This document shows positions 63,736-64,000 of a stretch of 64,000 nt of DNA, piece by piece. The DNA comes from Vicugna vicugna (taxonomy: Eukaryota): NCBI GenBank assembly GCA_013265495.1, contig MU058252.1, positions 840,244 to 904,243 of the forward strand, written 5' to 3'. The translations under genes and the position numbers were made by a program. The notes under the pieces are model-generated. The model made no database searches and was not told the DNA's origin. It saw only the letters and a list, made by a program, of their open reading frames with translations. Positions within the stretch are counted from its first letter, which is position 1. Every line of letters begins with the position of its first letter.

Positions 63736-64000
63736 CCAGATGTAAAGAGCTATGAGCAGTTTTAGAGGTGACAGGGAGACAACCCTTCTCAGACATGAAA
63801 ACCCCAACTGAGCTGAGGGAGTTATCAGTGGAATCAATGTACAGGAGCTAACGGAACACAACTTAATACAAAATAACACATAAAGCAAAAGGATAGGTGT
63901 TAACCTGTGTCAGCCCACAGGCGGGTGCCGGGATGCCAACGGGGTCTGCCAGGAGGGGATGGGCGTCTTGCCGGAGGAGAGCCTGGGATACTTTTAAAGG

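Overview
Mammalian genomic DNA, most likely camelid judging by five copies of a tRNA-derived SINE resembling Vic-1. The window lies inside the minus-strand gene PRKAG2 (AMPK gamma-2 subunit). Three coding exons have exact GT-AG boundaries or a start codon plus donor: exon 2 (39870-39941), exon 3 (36762-37041) and the alternative first exon 3B (CDS 6552-6645, in a CpG island). The rest is intron 1 (right), intron 2 and intron 3 (left), dense with SINE, L1, L2, MIR, MLT and DNA-transposon relics, plus one assembly gap. I see no prokaryotic-type system, CRISPR array or RNA gene. Best leads: (i) a candidate in-frame extra exon at 3296-3359 beside a GATA/T-box motif cluster; (ii) a candidate non-coding alternative first exon or micro-exon near 62485; (iii) uORFs and a Z-DNA-prone tract around exon 3B; (iv) a TSD-flanked insertion I cannot identify inside a MER112-like transposon. 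Gene and repeat names come from memory of known sequences, not from a database search.
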